From an uncultured Burkholderiaceae bacterium (GTDB lineage Bacteria; Pseudomonadota; Gammaproteobacteria; Burkholderiales; Burkholderiaceae_F): a DNA stretch of 64,000 nt. The stretch covers positions 509 through 64,508 of the forward strand of contig CAZDXQ010000016.1 in the NCBI GenBank assembly GCA_964509545.1. Reading direction: 5' to 3'. Within the stretch, counting starts at the first letter, position 1, and every line of letters begins with the position of its first letter. The position numbers were made by a program, and so were the translations under genes. Below are positions 27,455 to 36,772 of this stretch, piece by piece. A model generated the notes under the pieces. That model had not been told where the DNA came from. It was given only the letters and a program-made list of their open reading frames with translations, and made no database searches.

Positions 27455-28288
27455 ATGTCCTCGTCGTTCCTCCGCAGCGTCACGCTTTCCGTCATCAGCC
27501 ACGAGCAGCACTCGATGGTCGATGTGTTGCTGGCCACGCTTGCCGGAATCGCCGCGCCTGAACTGGCGAGGATCGTCATCACCCAGAATCTGCCGGAGCG
27601 CTCGACGAGCGCAAGCGGTCTGGACCTGCCTCCGGTGCAAGTGATTCGCAATCCGCGGCCCCGCGGATTCGGCGCCAACCATAATTCGGTATTCGGGCAC
27701 GTCGATACCGAGTTCTTCGCCATCGTCAACCCTGATATCTCGCTCACGCACAACCCGTTTCCTGCGTTGCTCGAGGCCCTGCGCGCCGGCGCCGGTGTCG
27801 CTGCGCCAACCGTGCTTGAACCCGATGGCACGGTGGCCGATTCCGCGCGAGCGCTGCTGACACCGTGGGAGCTTCTCGCTCGTCGACTACCGGGTTATCG
27901 CCCGCCGGCGACGCCGGCGTGGTTCGCCGGCATGTTCGTTGTCTTTCGCACGGACGCGTTTGCCAAGGTGGGCGGATTCGACGAGCGATACTTCATGTAC
28001 TGCGAAGACTTCGACATCTGTGCCCGACTGCGCCTTGCCGGCTGGCCGCTGGCGTTGGTCCGAGACGCTTCCGTCGTGCACGCCGCGCAGCAGCTCAGCC
28101 ACCGATCGCTTCGGCACCTGAGGTGGCATATCGGCAGCCTGATGCGCACCTGGGCGTCGCCGACGATCTGGCACTACAGGACGCTGCTCGGGCGGGACGC
28201 CGCCGCGACCGCGGAGGGCACGGCCGGCAAGGCAGATGACCGTCCCGTGCCCGCAAACGTGGCGACGGCGCAGGGCCGGCGCCCATAA
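27455..28288 (+). CDS. glycosyltransferase family 2
   Basis: ORF 27365..28288. Start placed at ATG 27455 so that the hairpin stays non-coding (VTLSVISHEQHSMV...NPRPRGFGANHN...FRTDAFAKVGGFDERYFMYCEDFDICARL). No obvious SD, so the start is uncertain. Confidence 0.72.
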   Translation: MSSSFLRSVTLSVISHEQHSMVDVLLATLAGIAAPELARIVITQNLPERSTSASGLDLPPVQVIRNPRPRGFGANHNSVFGHVDTEFFAIVNPDISLTHNPFPALLEALRAGAGVAAPTVLEPDGTVADSARALLTPWELLARRLPGYRPPATPAWFAGMFVVFRTDAFAKVGGFDERYFMYCEDFDICARLRLAGWPLALVRDASVVHAAQQLSHRSLRHLRWHIGSLMRTWASPTIWHYRTLLGRDAAATAEGTAGKADDRPVPANVATAQGRRP

Positions 28289-28345
28289 GTGAGGCAGCAG
28301 CGAGGGATCGCGCGCTTGCCCGCTGGCCGGCCGCTCAGCCGCAGC

Positions 28346-28365
28346 GGCGAGCGGGCCCGCTCGCC
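28346..28365. repeat. perfect 20-nt palindrome GGCGAGCGGGCCCGCTCGCC, 58 nt after the GT2 stop; possible terminator/operator
   Basis: Seen directly. Coordinates cross-checked against the codons of antisense ORF 28174..28395. No T-tract follows. Confidence 0.4.
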
Positions 28366-28445
28366 GGGCGGCGCGGCACACACTGATAGATTCACCGGCC
28401 AACGGCAGCGGGATCAGCAGAAAATGACGTCAGGCAGCACGGAAC

Positions 28446-29375
28446 ATGGTTGCCAGGAATGAACTGAACCGCGCCCGCGTGCTGGTGGTCGGCGACGCGA
28501 TGCTCGACCGCTACTGGTTTAGCGAGGTCGAGCGCATTTCGCCCGAAGCGCCAGTGCCCGTGGCGCGCGTGCGCTCGGTCGAAGAGCGCCTCGGCGGCGC
28601 GGCCAACGTGGCGCGCAACGTCGCCTCGCTCGGCGCGGTCGCCGGGTTGCTCACGGTGGTCGGCCGCGACGAAGCCGGCGCGACGATCGCGCGCTTGCTC
28701 GCGGCCAGCGCCATCCGTGGCCACCTGCATGCCGACGAAGGCCTGGCCACGACGGTGAAGGTGCGCGTGATCGCCCGCCAGCAGCAGATCGTGCGCGTCG
28801 ACTTCGAGACGGCGCCGCAGGCCGAGGTTCTGGCGGCGCATCTGGACGAGTACGCGCGGCTGCTGCCCGACTGCGACGTGGTGCTGCTTTCCGACTACGG
28901 CAAGGGCGGGCTGACGCACATCGTGCGCATGATCGAACTGGCCCGCGCCGCGGGCCGCCCGGTGCTGGTCGATCCCAAGGGCGACGACTACTCGCGCTAT
29001 GCCGGCGCCACGCTGGTCACGCCGAACCGCGCCGAACTGCGTGAGGTGGTCGGCCGCTGGCGCGACGAAGCGGACCTCGAGGTCCGCGCGCAGCGGCTGC
29101 GCCGAGAGCTGGGCATGCAGGCGCTGCTGCTGACGCGCAGCGAGGAAGGCATGACCCTTTACACCGACGAGCCCACCTGGAGCATCCCGGCGCAGGCGCG
29201 CGAGGTGTTCGATGTCAGCGGCGCCGGCGACACGGTCATCGCCGTGTTGGCGGCGATGCTGGCCGCCGGGCGGCCGCTGCGCGAGGCGGTCGCCACGGCC
29301 AACCGCGCCGGCGGCATCGTCGTCGGCAAGCTCGGCACGGCCACCGTGTCGTACGAGGAGCTTTTCGCCGTCTGA
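28446..29375 (+). CDS. hldA: D-glycero-beta-D-manno-heptose-7-phosphate kinase (RfaE domain I type, stand-alone)
   Basis: 309 aa. RVLVVGDAMLDRYWFSEVERISPEAPVPV, and C-terminal DVSGAGDTVIA (pfkB ribokinase signature). Confidence 0.85.
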   Translation: MVARNELNRARVLVVGDAMLDRYWFSEVERISPEAPVPVARVRSVEERLGGAANVARNVASLGAVAGLLTVVGRDEAGATIARLLAASAIRGHLHADEGLATTVKVRVIARQQQIVRVDFETAPQAEVLAAHLDEYARLLPDCDVVLLSDYGKGGLTHIVRMIELARAAGRPVLVDPKGDDYSRYAGATLVTPNRAELREVVGRWRDEADLEVRAQRLRRELGMQALLLTRSEEGMTLYTDEPTWSIPAQAREVFDVSGAGDTVIAVLAAMLAAGRPLREAVATANRAGGIVVGKLGTATVSYEELFAV

Positions 29376-29429
29376 CGGCCACGGAACGTCCGGTTGGCAT
29401 CTTGATGTCAGACCGTCACATCTTGCTGA

Positions 29430-29664
29430 ATGCGCACCACGGTCAGGCTTGATGGACATCTGTTGGCCTTGGCCAAGCGTCGCGCGGTCGAAATGGGGCG
29501 CACGCTGACCTGTGCTGCAAGAAGCCCTGCGCGGGTCCCTGCAGCGGCAGGCCGGCAGGTCGAAACGGACGCCGCTCAAGCTCACGACGGTCGAGGGCGC
29601 CGGCCTACGCGCCGGCGTCGATCTCGACGACACGGCCGCGCTGCTGGAGACGATGGAGTTGTAA
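29430..29664 (+). pseudogene. vapB-type antitoxin, disrupted by a frameshift
   Basis: Frame 1 reads MRTTVRLDGHLLALAKRRAVEMGRTLT up to 29510. The family-typical continuation VLQEALRGSLQRQAGRSKRTPLKLTTVEGAGLRAGVDLDDTAALLETMEL* runs from 29512 to the stop at 29662-29664 in the +1 frame. One extra nt near 29511. Confidence 0.7.
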
Positions 29665-30090
29665 GTGGTGCCGGCGGACGTCAACGTCCTCGTCTACGCC
29701 CACCGCGAAGACACCGAGCATCATTCGCCCTGCCGGCGCTGGCTGGAGGCAACGATCAACGGCGATGAGCGCTACGGGGTGTGGGAACTCGTCCTGAGCG
29801 GCTTGGTTCGCGTTGCGACGCACCCGAAGGTCTTCGCCTCGCCCAGTTCGATGAGGCAGGCGCTCGAGTTCACCGAGCAGGTGCCAGAGCAGCCAAACGC
29901 CATGCTGATCGAACCAGGCGAGCGCCATTGGTCGATCTTCCGCCGCCTGTGCGTCTAAGCCAAGGCAAAGGGAAACCTGATCCCCGACGCGTATTTCGCT
30001 GCTTTGGCCATCGAGGGCGGCTGCGCGTGGATCACCACTGACCGCGACTACAGCCGCTTTCCGGGCTTGCGCTGGAAGAGCCCGCTCCAG
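29665..30090 (+). pseudogene. vapC-type PIN-domain toxin with an in-frame TAA at codon 98
   Basis: MVPADVNVLVYAHRED...WELVLSGLVRVATHP...HWSIFRRLCV then TAA (29956-29958). The same frame continues [44 protein letters not shown], which is the C-terminal half of this VapC family. Confidence 0.75.
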
Positions 30091-30366
30091 GTTCACGAAC
30101 CTTGCCGTCGATCGTTCGCCGGCAGCGCCGCGTTTGCGCCAGCGTCGGCTTCATGCGCGACACGTGTGTCGCGCGGTGTCTCGGTCCCGATGGACTCGCC
30201 GATCCGTCCCCCCTGTCGAACCTGCATGGCAGGAGGCTCGGGTGGTCCGCTCCTGGCGGAAGATCGGAGCCGCGAACGTACAATGACCTTTGGCCGCCGG
30301 CTGGCGATCGAGCAGGTCCCCGCCCCACATCACGCCAAGCCCCCGATTCAAGCAGAGTCCACGTCA

Positions 30367-31356
30367 ATGAGCATCATCGTCACCGGCGCCGCCGGCTTCA
30401 TCGGCGCCAATCTGGTCAGGGCGCTGAATGACCGCGGCGAGACCGACATCCTCGCCGTCGACAACCTGACCCGCGCCGACAAGTTCCGCAACCTCGCCGA
30501 CTGCGAGATTGCGGATTACCTGGACAAGGCCGAGTTCCGCGCGCTGCTCGGCCGCGGCGCGATCGGCCGGACGGACGCCGTGTTCCACCAGGGCGCCTGC
30601 TCCGACACGATGGAGAGCGACGGCCGCTACATGCTCGACAACAACTACCGCTATTCGCTGGAGTTGCTCGACTGGTGCCAGCAGCGGAAAGTCCCTTACA
30701 TCTACGCGTCGTCGGCTTCGGTCTATGGACTGGGGCCGGTATTCGCCGAGGGCCGGGCGCACGAGAAGCCGCTGAACGTCTACGGCTACTCGAAGTTCCT
30801 GTTCGACCAGATCGTGCGCCGGCGGCTCAGCGCGCTGGTCGCGCCGGTGGTGGGGCTGCGCTATTTCAACGTCTATGGGCCGCGCGAAGCGCACAAGGGG
30901 CGGATGGCTTCGGTGGCCTGGCACCACTTCAGCCAGTACCGCGCCGAATCCCGGGTCAGGCTCTTCGAGGGCAGCCACGGCTACGCCGACGGCGAGCAGC
31001 GGCGCGACTTCATCCATGTCGACGACGCGGTGGCGGTGAACCTGTTCTTTTATGAGAAACCGGCGTCGGGCCTCTATAACGTCGGCACCGGCCGGGCGCA
31101 GGCGTTCAACGACGTGGCGCTCACCGTCGTGAACTCGCTGCGCCGGCACGCCGGCGAGTTGCCCCTGCCGTTGGCCGACGCGGTGGCACAGAAGCGCATC
31201 GAATACGTGCCCTTTCCCGAGGCGCTGCGTGGCAAGTATCAGGCCTTCACGCAGGCCGACTTGACGCAGCTGCGCGCCGCGGGTTTCGCCCGGCCAATGG
31301 CGACCGTCGAACAGGGCGTGGCAGCCTATGTCGACTGGCTGCTGAAGCAGGGCTGA
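30367..31356 (+). CDS. hldD: ADP-L-glycero-D-manno-heptose 6-epimerase
   Basis: Start at codon 122 of ORF 30004..31356 ([24 protein letters not shown]). YGYSKFLFD (YxxxK). Confidence 0.9.
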   Translation: MSIIVTGAAGFIGANLVRALNDRGETDILAVDNLTRADKFRNLADCEIADYLDKAEFRALLGRGAIGRTDAVFHQGACSDTMESDGRYMLDNNYRYSLELLDWCQQRKVPYIYASSASVYGLGPVFAEGRAHEKPLNVYGYSKFLFDQIVRRRLSALVAPVVGLRYFNVYGPREAHKGRMASVAWHHFSQYRAESRVRLFEGSHGYADGEQRRDFIHVDDAVAVNLFFYEKPASGLYNVGTGRAQAFNDVALTVVNSLRRHAGELPLPLADAVAQKRIEYVPFPEALRGKYQAFTQADLTQLRAAGFARPMATVEQGVAAYVDWLLKQG

Positions 31357-31958
31357 TGACGACGCAGGCCGGCCTTCGCCGCGCTGCCTTCATCGATCGC
31401 GACGGCGTGATCAACATCGATCACGGCTATGTCTTCCGCCGCGAGGACTTCCAGTTCGTGCCGGGCGTGCTTGCCGCCTGTGCGCAACTGCGCCGCCTGG
31501 GCTACGCGCTGGTGGTGGTGACCAACCAGTCCGGAATCGGCCGCGGCCTGTACAGCGAAGCCGATTACCAGCGGCTGACCGAGTGGATGCGCAGCGAATT
31601 CGCCAAGGCCGGTGCGCCACTGGCCGGCGTTTATCACTGCCCGCATCATCCGCAGGCCGCGCTGCCCGAGTATCGCCTTGCCTGCGGCTGCCGCAAGCCC
31701 GCGCCGGGCATGCTGTTGGCCGCGGCGCAGGATCTTGCGCTCGACCTCGCGCAGTCGGTGCTTTTCGGCGACAAGGACTCCGACATCGAGGCGGCGGCGG
31801 CAGCCGGCGTGCGTCGGCGCGTGCTGCTGGGCACCGACGGACTGAGGTTGCCGCCTGCCGATCTGGCGCCGCAGGCCAGCGCCCGTTTTGCGTCGCTTGC
31901 CGACGCCGTGCGCGGGCCGTGGCTGGACGCGGCGCTCACGGCGAATGCGCATGCCTGA
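31356..31958 (+). CDS. gmhB: D-glycero-beta-D-manno-heptose 1,7-bisphosphate 7-phosphatase
   Basis: AFIDRDGVIN (HAD DxD), VVVTNQSGIGRG, YHCPHHP...CGCRKPAPGM (Zn-binding Cys cluster of GmhB). Confidence 0.9.
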   Translation: MTTQAGLRRAAFIDRDGVINIDHGYVFRREDFQFVPGVLAACAQLRRLGYALVVVTNQSGIGRGLYSEADYQRLTEWMRSEFAKAGAPLAGVYHCPHHPQAALPEYRLACGCRKPAPGMLLAAAQDLALDLAQSVLFGDKDSDIEAAAAAGVRRRVLLGTDGLRLPPADLAPQASARFASLADAVRGPWLDAALTANAHA

Positions 31959-32436
31959 GGCGCCGCGGTTCGAAGCGAAGATCGCCGCGCGCGCGGACCT
32001 GGCCCGCCGCGTGCAGTGGCTGCCGCGGCCGATCGTGCTGACCAATGGCGTCTTCGATCTGCTGCACCGAGGTCACGTCACCTACCTTTCCCGTGCCCGC
32101 GAACTGGGCGCGAGCCTCGTCGTGGCGGTGAACTCGGATGCCTCGGTGCGGCGGCTCGGCAAGGGCGGCGACCGGCCGATCAATACCGAAGCGGACCGCG
32201 CCGCGGTGCTCGCCGCGCTGGAAAGCGTGTCCCTGGTCACGATATTCGATGAAACGGTGCCGTTGCCGGTGGTGCAGATCGTCCGGCCCGATGTCTACGT
32301 CAAGGGCGGCGATTACGACATGGCAACCATCGCGGAGGCGCAGCTGGCACGCGCCTGGGGCGCGAAGACGGTGGCGATCGCCTTCGAGTTCGAGCGCTCC
32401 ACTTCCGCCCTCCTGGCCAGGGTACGTGGTGGCTGA
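31951..32436 (+). CDS. hldC: D-glycero-beta-D-manno-heptose 1-phosphate adenylyltransferase (RfaE domain II type, stand-alone)
   Basis: ATG 31951 (codon 22 of ORF 31888) overlaps the gmhB end. VLTNGVFDLLHRGHVTYL is the cytidylyltransferase HxGH motif. Confidence 0.85.
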   Translation: MPEAPRFEAKIAARADLARRVQWLPRPIVLTNGVFDLLHRGHVTYLSRARELGASLVVAVNSDASVRRLGKGGDRPINTEADRAAVLAALESVSLVTIFDETVPLPVVQIVRPDVYVKGGDYDMATIAEAQLARAWGAKTVAIAFEFERSTSALLARVRGG

Positions 32437-32650
32437 GTCGCGGCTGCCGGCGCCGACCGGTTGAAGGGCCGGGTGTGGCCGGCTCGTTACAATGCCGCCG
32501 GGCGCCTAAGGACTTCGCCTGCGCAGATTCGCCCCGCCAGCCGCGTCCGATTTCGCCGGTTCGCTCCTGCATCTACTGGCTTGCAGGCACTGGCGCCTCA
32601 AAGGGTGCTCATGCGCCCGGTTTTCCGCTTTCGGCCGGCTCGCCTCGATC

Positions 32651-33775
32651 TTGACCACGTCGCTTCAAGCCCTGCTCGCCTGCGCGCTGACCGCGGCCCT
32701 GATCCTCGCGCTGCGTGTTCCCGCAGAAAGAATCGGCCTGGTCGACCATCCGGGCGGCCGCAAGCGACACGACGACGTTGTGCCCTTGACCGGCGGCCTG
32801 GCGCTGACCCTCGGCTTCTACTTCGCGCTGGCGACCGCATTTCCGGCACTGGAGGAGCTGCGCGTGCTTCTGGTGGCGATCGCGGTGCTTGCCGCGGTCG
32901 GCGTCGCCGACGATCTGGCCGAGGTTCGGCCGCGCACCAAGCTGCTCGTGCAACTGGTCGCTGCCGCGCTGATGGCCTTCTGGGGCGAGCACCTGCTGCT
33001 GCATCTCGGTGACCTCGTCGGCCGCGGCCGGCTGAACCTCGGCCTGCTTGCGGTGCCGCTGACCGTCTTTGCCACGGTGGCCGTTGTCAACGGCATCAAC
33101 ATGCTCGACGGCATCGACGGCCTCGCGGGAGGACTGGTCGCGGTGATGCTCGGCTACTTCGCGCTGTTTGCCTTCGTCCTCGGGGAGGCCGGCGCTATGA
33201 AAGTCATCGTCGTGCTGCTTGGCGCGGTGATCGGATTTCTGCTGTTCAACGCGCCGCATCCGTGGCCGGGCGGACGGATCTTCATGGGCGACACGGGCAG
33301 CCTCGTGCTGGGCTTCGCGGTGGCCTGGTTCACCATCGACCTGACACAGCGCCCCGCCCCGGCGGTCCCTCCGGTGGTGATGCTGTGGGTGGTCGGCGTG
33401 GTGCTGTTCGACCTGTTCACCGTCACTGTCCGGCGTGCGCTCCAGGGCCGCAATCCGACAGCGCCTGACCGCCTGCACATTCACCATCTGCTGCTTCGCT
33501 CCGGCTTTAGTCCGGTGGCAGCCTTGCTGCTGCTGCTGGCAGCCAATGCCGCACTGGGCGCCATCGGCACGGTCGGCTGGCTGGCCGGCCTGTCGGAGGC
33601 CGCGCTGTTCGCGGGCTTCCTGGCCACCGGCGGGCTTTACTTCGCTGTCCTGCTCGACCCGACGCGCCTGCTCAGACGACGCCGTCGCCGCGCGCAGGCC
33701 CAGGCGGCGCCGGAGGAGGAAACACGACCGGTGGAGATCCAGACGCGGACCTTCAGCACCGACCGTGACAAGTGA
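32651..33775 (+). CDS. WecA/MraY-family polyprenyl-phosphate HexNAc-1-phosphate transferase (initiating transferase)
   Basis: 374 aa, TTG start. PGGRKRHDDVVPLTGG, NGINMLDGIDGLAGG, FMGDTGSLVLG motifs. About 10-11 TM helices. Confidence 0.82.
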   Translation: MTTSLQALLACALTAALILALRVPAERIGLVDHPGGRKRHDDVVPLTGGLALTLGFYFALATAFPALEELRVLLVAIAVLAAVGVADDLAEVRPRTKLLVQLVAAALMAFWGEHLLLHLGDLVGRGRLNLGLLAVPLTVFATVAVVNGINMLDGIDGLAGGLVAVMLGYFALFAFVLGEAGAMKVIVVLLGAVIGFLLFNAPHPWPGGRIFMGDTGSLVLGFAVAWFTIDLTQRPAPAVPPVVMLWVVGVVLFDLFTVTVRRALQGRNPTAPDRLHIHHLLLRSGFSPVAALLLLLAANAALGAIGTVGWLAGLSEAALFAGFLATGGLYFAVLLDPTRLLRRRRRRAQAQAAPEEETRPVEIQTRTFSTDRDK

Positions 33776-34595
33776 TCAACTCTGGATCATCGGCGACGTG
33801 CAGGGCTGCCTCGGCAGCCTGAACGCATTGCTATCGCAGCTGCCATCGGATTCCCGCCTGCTGTTCGTCGGCGACCTGGTCAACCGGGGCGCGCAGTCGC
33901 TCGCGTCGCTGCGCTTCGTCAGGGCGCTGGGTAATCGCGCCATTGCCCTGCTCGGCAACCACGATCTGCACCTGCTTGCGGTTGCCGCCGGCATCCGGCC
34001 GCAGCACGACGACGATACGCTGTCCGACATCCTTGCCGCGCCGGACCGCGAGGAACTGCTCGACTGGCTGCGCGCGCGCCCGCTGGCCGTGCACGAGGCG
34101 GGCGCCCTGTTCGTGCACGCCGGCGTGCTGCCGCAGTGGTCGGTCGACAAAACCCTCGCGCTCGCCGCTGAAGCCGAGGCGCGGCTGCGCGCGCCGGATC
34201 ACCGCTCGTTTCTCGCCGCGATGTACGGCAACCGGCCGGCGCGGTGGGAAGACGACCTCGCGGGCGCCGACCGTATACGTTGCGTGATCAACGCGCTGAC
34301 CAGGCTGCGCTTTGTCGCAGCCGACGGGACGATGGATTTCGCCATCAAGCAAGGGCTTCACGCCGCAGCACCGGGGTTCGTGCCCTGGTTCGACCATCCG
34401 GCGCGCGCCACGCGTGCGACGCCGGTCGTCTTCGGCCACTGGTCGACGCTCGGCCTGATGCTGCGCGACGATGCGGTCTGCCTCGACAGCGGCTGCGTCT
34501 GGGGCGGAGCGCTTACGGCGCTGGCCTGGCCGAGCCGGCGCCTGCTTCAGGTGCCGTGTCCGCCTTATCGACGGCCCGGTCCGGCGCCGGAATGA
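33765..34595 (+). CDS. apaH: bis(5'-nucleosyl)-tetraphosphatase (symmetrical)
   Basis: GTG 33765 (codon 111 of ORF 33435). LWIIGDVQGC, FVGDLVNRG, GNHDLHLL metallophosphatase motifs. Confidence 0.9.
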   Translation: MTSDQLWIIGDVQGCLGSLNALLSQLPSDSRLLFVGDLVNRGAQSLASLRFVRALGNRAIALLGNHDLHLLAVAAGIRPQHDDDTLSDILAAPDREELLDWLRARPLAVHEAGALFVHAGVLPQWSVDKTLALAAEAEARLRAPDHRSFLAAMYGNRPARWEDDLAGADRIRCVINALTRLRFVAADGTMDFAIKQGLHAAAPGFVPWFDHPARATRATPVVFGHWSTLGLMLRDDAVCLDSGCVWGGALTALAWPSRRLLQVPCPPYRRPGPAPE

Positions 34596-35388
34596 AGCGG
34601 CGCCCGGTCGGTGCCGGGACCTTCAGGTGCGCAGCAATCCGCTGCGCGACCTGTTGTGCGACATGGTGCCGATTGCTGTCGCCGGTGGTCGGCACCACAT
34701 CGAGAAACGCGACTTCGACCTGCAGCCGGCGCGCCGTGACGATCTTCCACAACGAAGTCAGCAGTCCCATGTCGCCGACGAACGCGGCCGCGGTCGACGG
34801 TTTCCCGCTTTCCGTGTAGCGCAACGCCACCGGCCAGCAGTCGCAGCCGATCTCGACCGCCGGGGCGACGAGGTTCGAATGAAACGGCAGCAGCGCGCGG
34901 CCGTCGGTCGTCGTGCCCTCGGGAAACACCGCAACCGTCTCGCCCTGCTGCAGGCGGTCGCGAACGCGGTGGTTCATCGATGCGACCGCATGGCGCCGGC
35001 CGCGCTCGATGTAGAGCGTGCCGACCAGCGTGACCAGACGGCCGAGCAGCGGCCAGCGGCGGATCTCGGACTTGGCCACAAAACGGCTCGGCAGGGCCGC
35101 GTGCATCGCGAACACATCGATCCAAGAGATGTGGTTGGCCAGAAGCATGCGGCCGAAGCGGCCGGCTTCGACACCCGTTGCGGCGAGCGCAGGCGGCAGA
35201 GGACGCCCCGACAGGCGCAGTCGCGCGCCGCAGATCGCCAGCAGCAGCCGCGACCAGCCGCGGATGATGCGGTTGCGCCGCGCTTGGACCAGCCACGGGA
35301 AGATCGCCGCGGCGATCGCAACGCCCGCCAGCACATGCACGAGCAGTAATCCAATACGCAGGGGCGCCAGCATCACTTTCATCGGCAA
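34513..35388 (-). CDS. 1-acyl-sn-glycerol-3-phosphate (lysophospholipid) acyltransferase
   Basis: LLANHISWIDVF (HxxxxD), VAVFPEGTTTDG. N-terminal TM helix. Confidence 0.8.
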   Translation of the reverse strand: MPMKVMLAPLRIGLLLVHVLAGVAIAAAIFPWLVQARRNRIIRGWSRLLLAICGARLRLSGRPLPPALAATGVEAGRFGRMLLANHISWIDVFAMHAALPSRFVAKSEIRRWPLLGRLVTLVGTLYIERGRRHAVASMNHRVRDRLQQGETVAVFPEGTTTDGRALLPFHSNLVAPAVEIGCDCWPVALRYTESGKPSTAAAFVGDMGLLTSLWKIVTARRLQVEVAFLDVVPTTGDSNRHHVAQQVAQRIAAHLKVPAPTGRRFIPAPDRAVDKADTAPEAGAGSARPAP

Positions 35389-35476
35389 CGGCGCCCGATC
35401 CGGTTGTCTCGGAACAGTCGATCGATGCCGCGCACGATATCGCCGGTGGACACGGCGATGGCCGCGGAATTCGCGC

Positions 35477-36772
35477 TCAAGCGAAATTCGACTCTGACCC
35501 CGATTTCCGGTCGAAGCGAACCTCGCCGCCGACCAGCGTCATCATGGCGCGCCCGGTCAGTTCGAAACCGGCGAAGGGCGTGTTGGCGCCGCGGCTGACG
35601 AGTTCGCTGCGGGTTGCGGTCCAGTGCGCCTGCGGGTCGAATATGACGATGTCGGCCTTGGCGCCGACGGCGAGCCGGCCGGTGGGTTCGCGCAGGATCT
35701 GCGCCGGCGCGCTCGTCACCTTGGCCAGTGCCGACGTCGCCGGCACCTTCGCCGCCTCGGCCCACTTCAGGACCAGGGGCAGCAGCGTCTCCAGCGCCGT
35801 GGCACCGGGCGTAGCCTCGCCGAACGGCAGCAGCTTGTCGTCCTCGGCCACCGGCGCATGATCGGAGCAGATCGCGTCGATCGTGCCGTCGGCAAGCCCG
35901 GCGACGATGGCATCGCGGTCGCGCTGCGTGCGCAGCGGCGGATCGAGGCGAAAGTTGGGATCGAAATAGCCGATGTCGACGTCGGTCAGGTGCACGTGGT
36001 GGATGCTGACATCGGCGCTGACCTGCAGTCCTTCGCTTCGCGCGCGGCGCACCAGTTCGACGCCGCCGGCGCTCGACAGCCGGGCCAGATGGATCCTTGC
36101 GCCGCTGTCGCGCTGCAGTTCGAAGATCGTCTGCAGCGCGACAGTCTCGGCCAGCGCAGGCACCGCCGGCAGGCCGAGCCGGCCGGCCACCGCACCGGCG
36201 CCGGCGACCCCGTCGCCGGCCAGCGTGTCCTCGACCGGGCGCAGCCACACCGGCAGGTCGAACGTCTTCGCATAGCGCAGGATCTGCAGCAGCACGCCGT
36301 TGTCGCGCGGCAGGCTGCCGGTCTGCATGAACGCGACGCAACCGGCCTCGGCGAGGGTCTCGATCTCGGCCAGCACTTCGCCCGTCAGCCCGGCGCTCAA
36401 CGCACCGAGCGGATACAGCCGCGCCCCTGCCGCCTCGCGCGAACGCTGGCGAAGCATGCGGACCAGGCCCGGCTCGTCCAGTGGCGGGTCGGTGTCCGGC
36501 GGACAGACGACGCCGGTGACGCCGCCGGCCAGCGCAGCGCGCATTTCGCGCTTCAGCGCCCCTTCGGCGCCCGGCTCGCGCATCCGTGCGCACAGATCGA
36601 CGAGCCCCGGCGCGACGACGAGTCCGCGCGCGTCGATCTCGCGTTCGGCGCCGAATCCGTCCGGCCGCCGTCCGACCGCGACGATGCGGCCGTCGGCGAT
36701 GAACAGGTCGGTGATCGCGTCGTGGTTCGACGCCGGATCGATCAGGCGCCCGTGGCGGATGGCGAGCTTCAT
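35477..36772 (-). CDS. dihydroorotase-like protein, probably non-catalytic (PyrC' ATCase partner)
   Basis: 431 aa amidohydrolase fold. The HxH metal motif position reads [10 protein letters not shown] (36581-36598) instead of D-x-H-x-H-x-R-E-P-G. Overlaps pyrB by 4 nt. Confidence 0.82.
   Translation of the reverse strand: MKLAIRHGRLIDPASNHDAITDLFIADGRIVAVGRRPDGFGAEREIDARGLVVAPGLVDLCARMREPGAEGALKREMRAALAGGVTGVVCPPDTDPPLDEPGLVRMLRQRSREAAGARLYPLGALSAGLTGEVLAEIETLAEAGCVAFMQTGSLPRDNGVLLQILRYAKTFDLPVWLRPVEDTLAGDGVAGAGAVAGRLGLPAVPALAETVALQTIFELQRDSGARIHLARLSSAGGVELVRRARSEGLQVSADVSIHHVHLTDVDIGYFDPNFRLDPPLRTQRDRDAIVAGLADGTIDAICSDHAPVAEDDKLLPFGEATPGATALETLLPLVLKWAEAAKVPATSALAKVTSAPAQILREPTGRLAVGAKADIVIFDPQAHWTATRSELVSRGANTPFAGFELTGRAMMTLVGGEVRFDRKSGSESNFA

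Noticed and set aside
29508-29513. Possibility that the vapB frame change is a programmed +1/-1 ribosomal frameshift.
   Set aside because: The sequence at the switch (ACG CTG ACC TGT GCT) has no slippery heptamer or homopolymer run. The partner toxin is also broken, so decay or a sequencing error is simpler.
30004-30366. N-terminal extension of hldD (track ORF starts at 30004), and similarly 33435..33764 as an extension of apaH and 8688..10901 as a 737-aa UbiA protein.
   Set aside because: The extensions are Arg/Ala/Pro-rich and overlap the preceding genes or pseudogene. They are absent from the normal family N-termini. Internal starts at 30367, 33765 and 10124 reproduce canonical N-termini and, for the latter two, give short overlaps with the preceding CDS.
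32461-32493. Promoter-like TTGAAG ... TACAAT upstream of the wecA-family gene.
   Set aside because: The spacer is 21 nt by direct count (32467-32487). That is outside the 16-18 nt range for sigma70 promoters.
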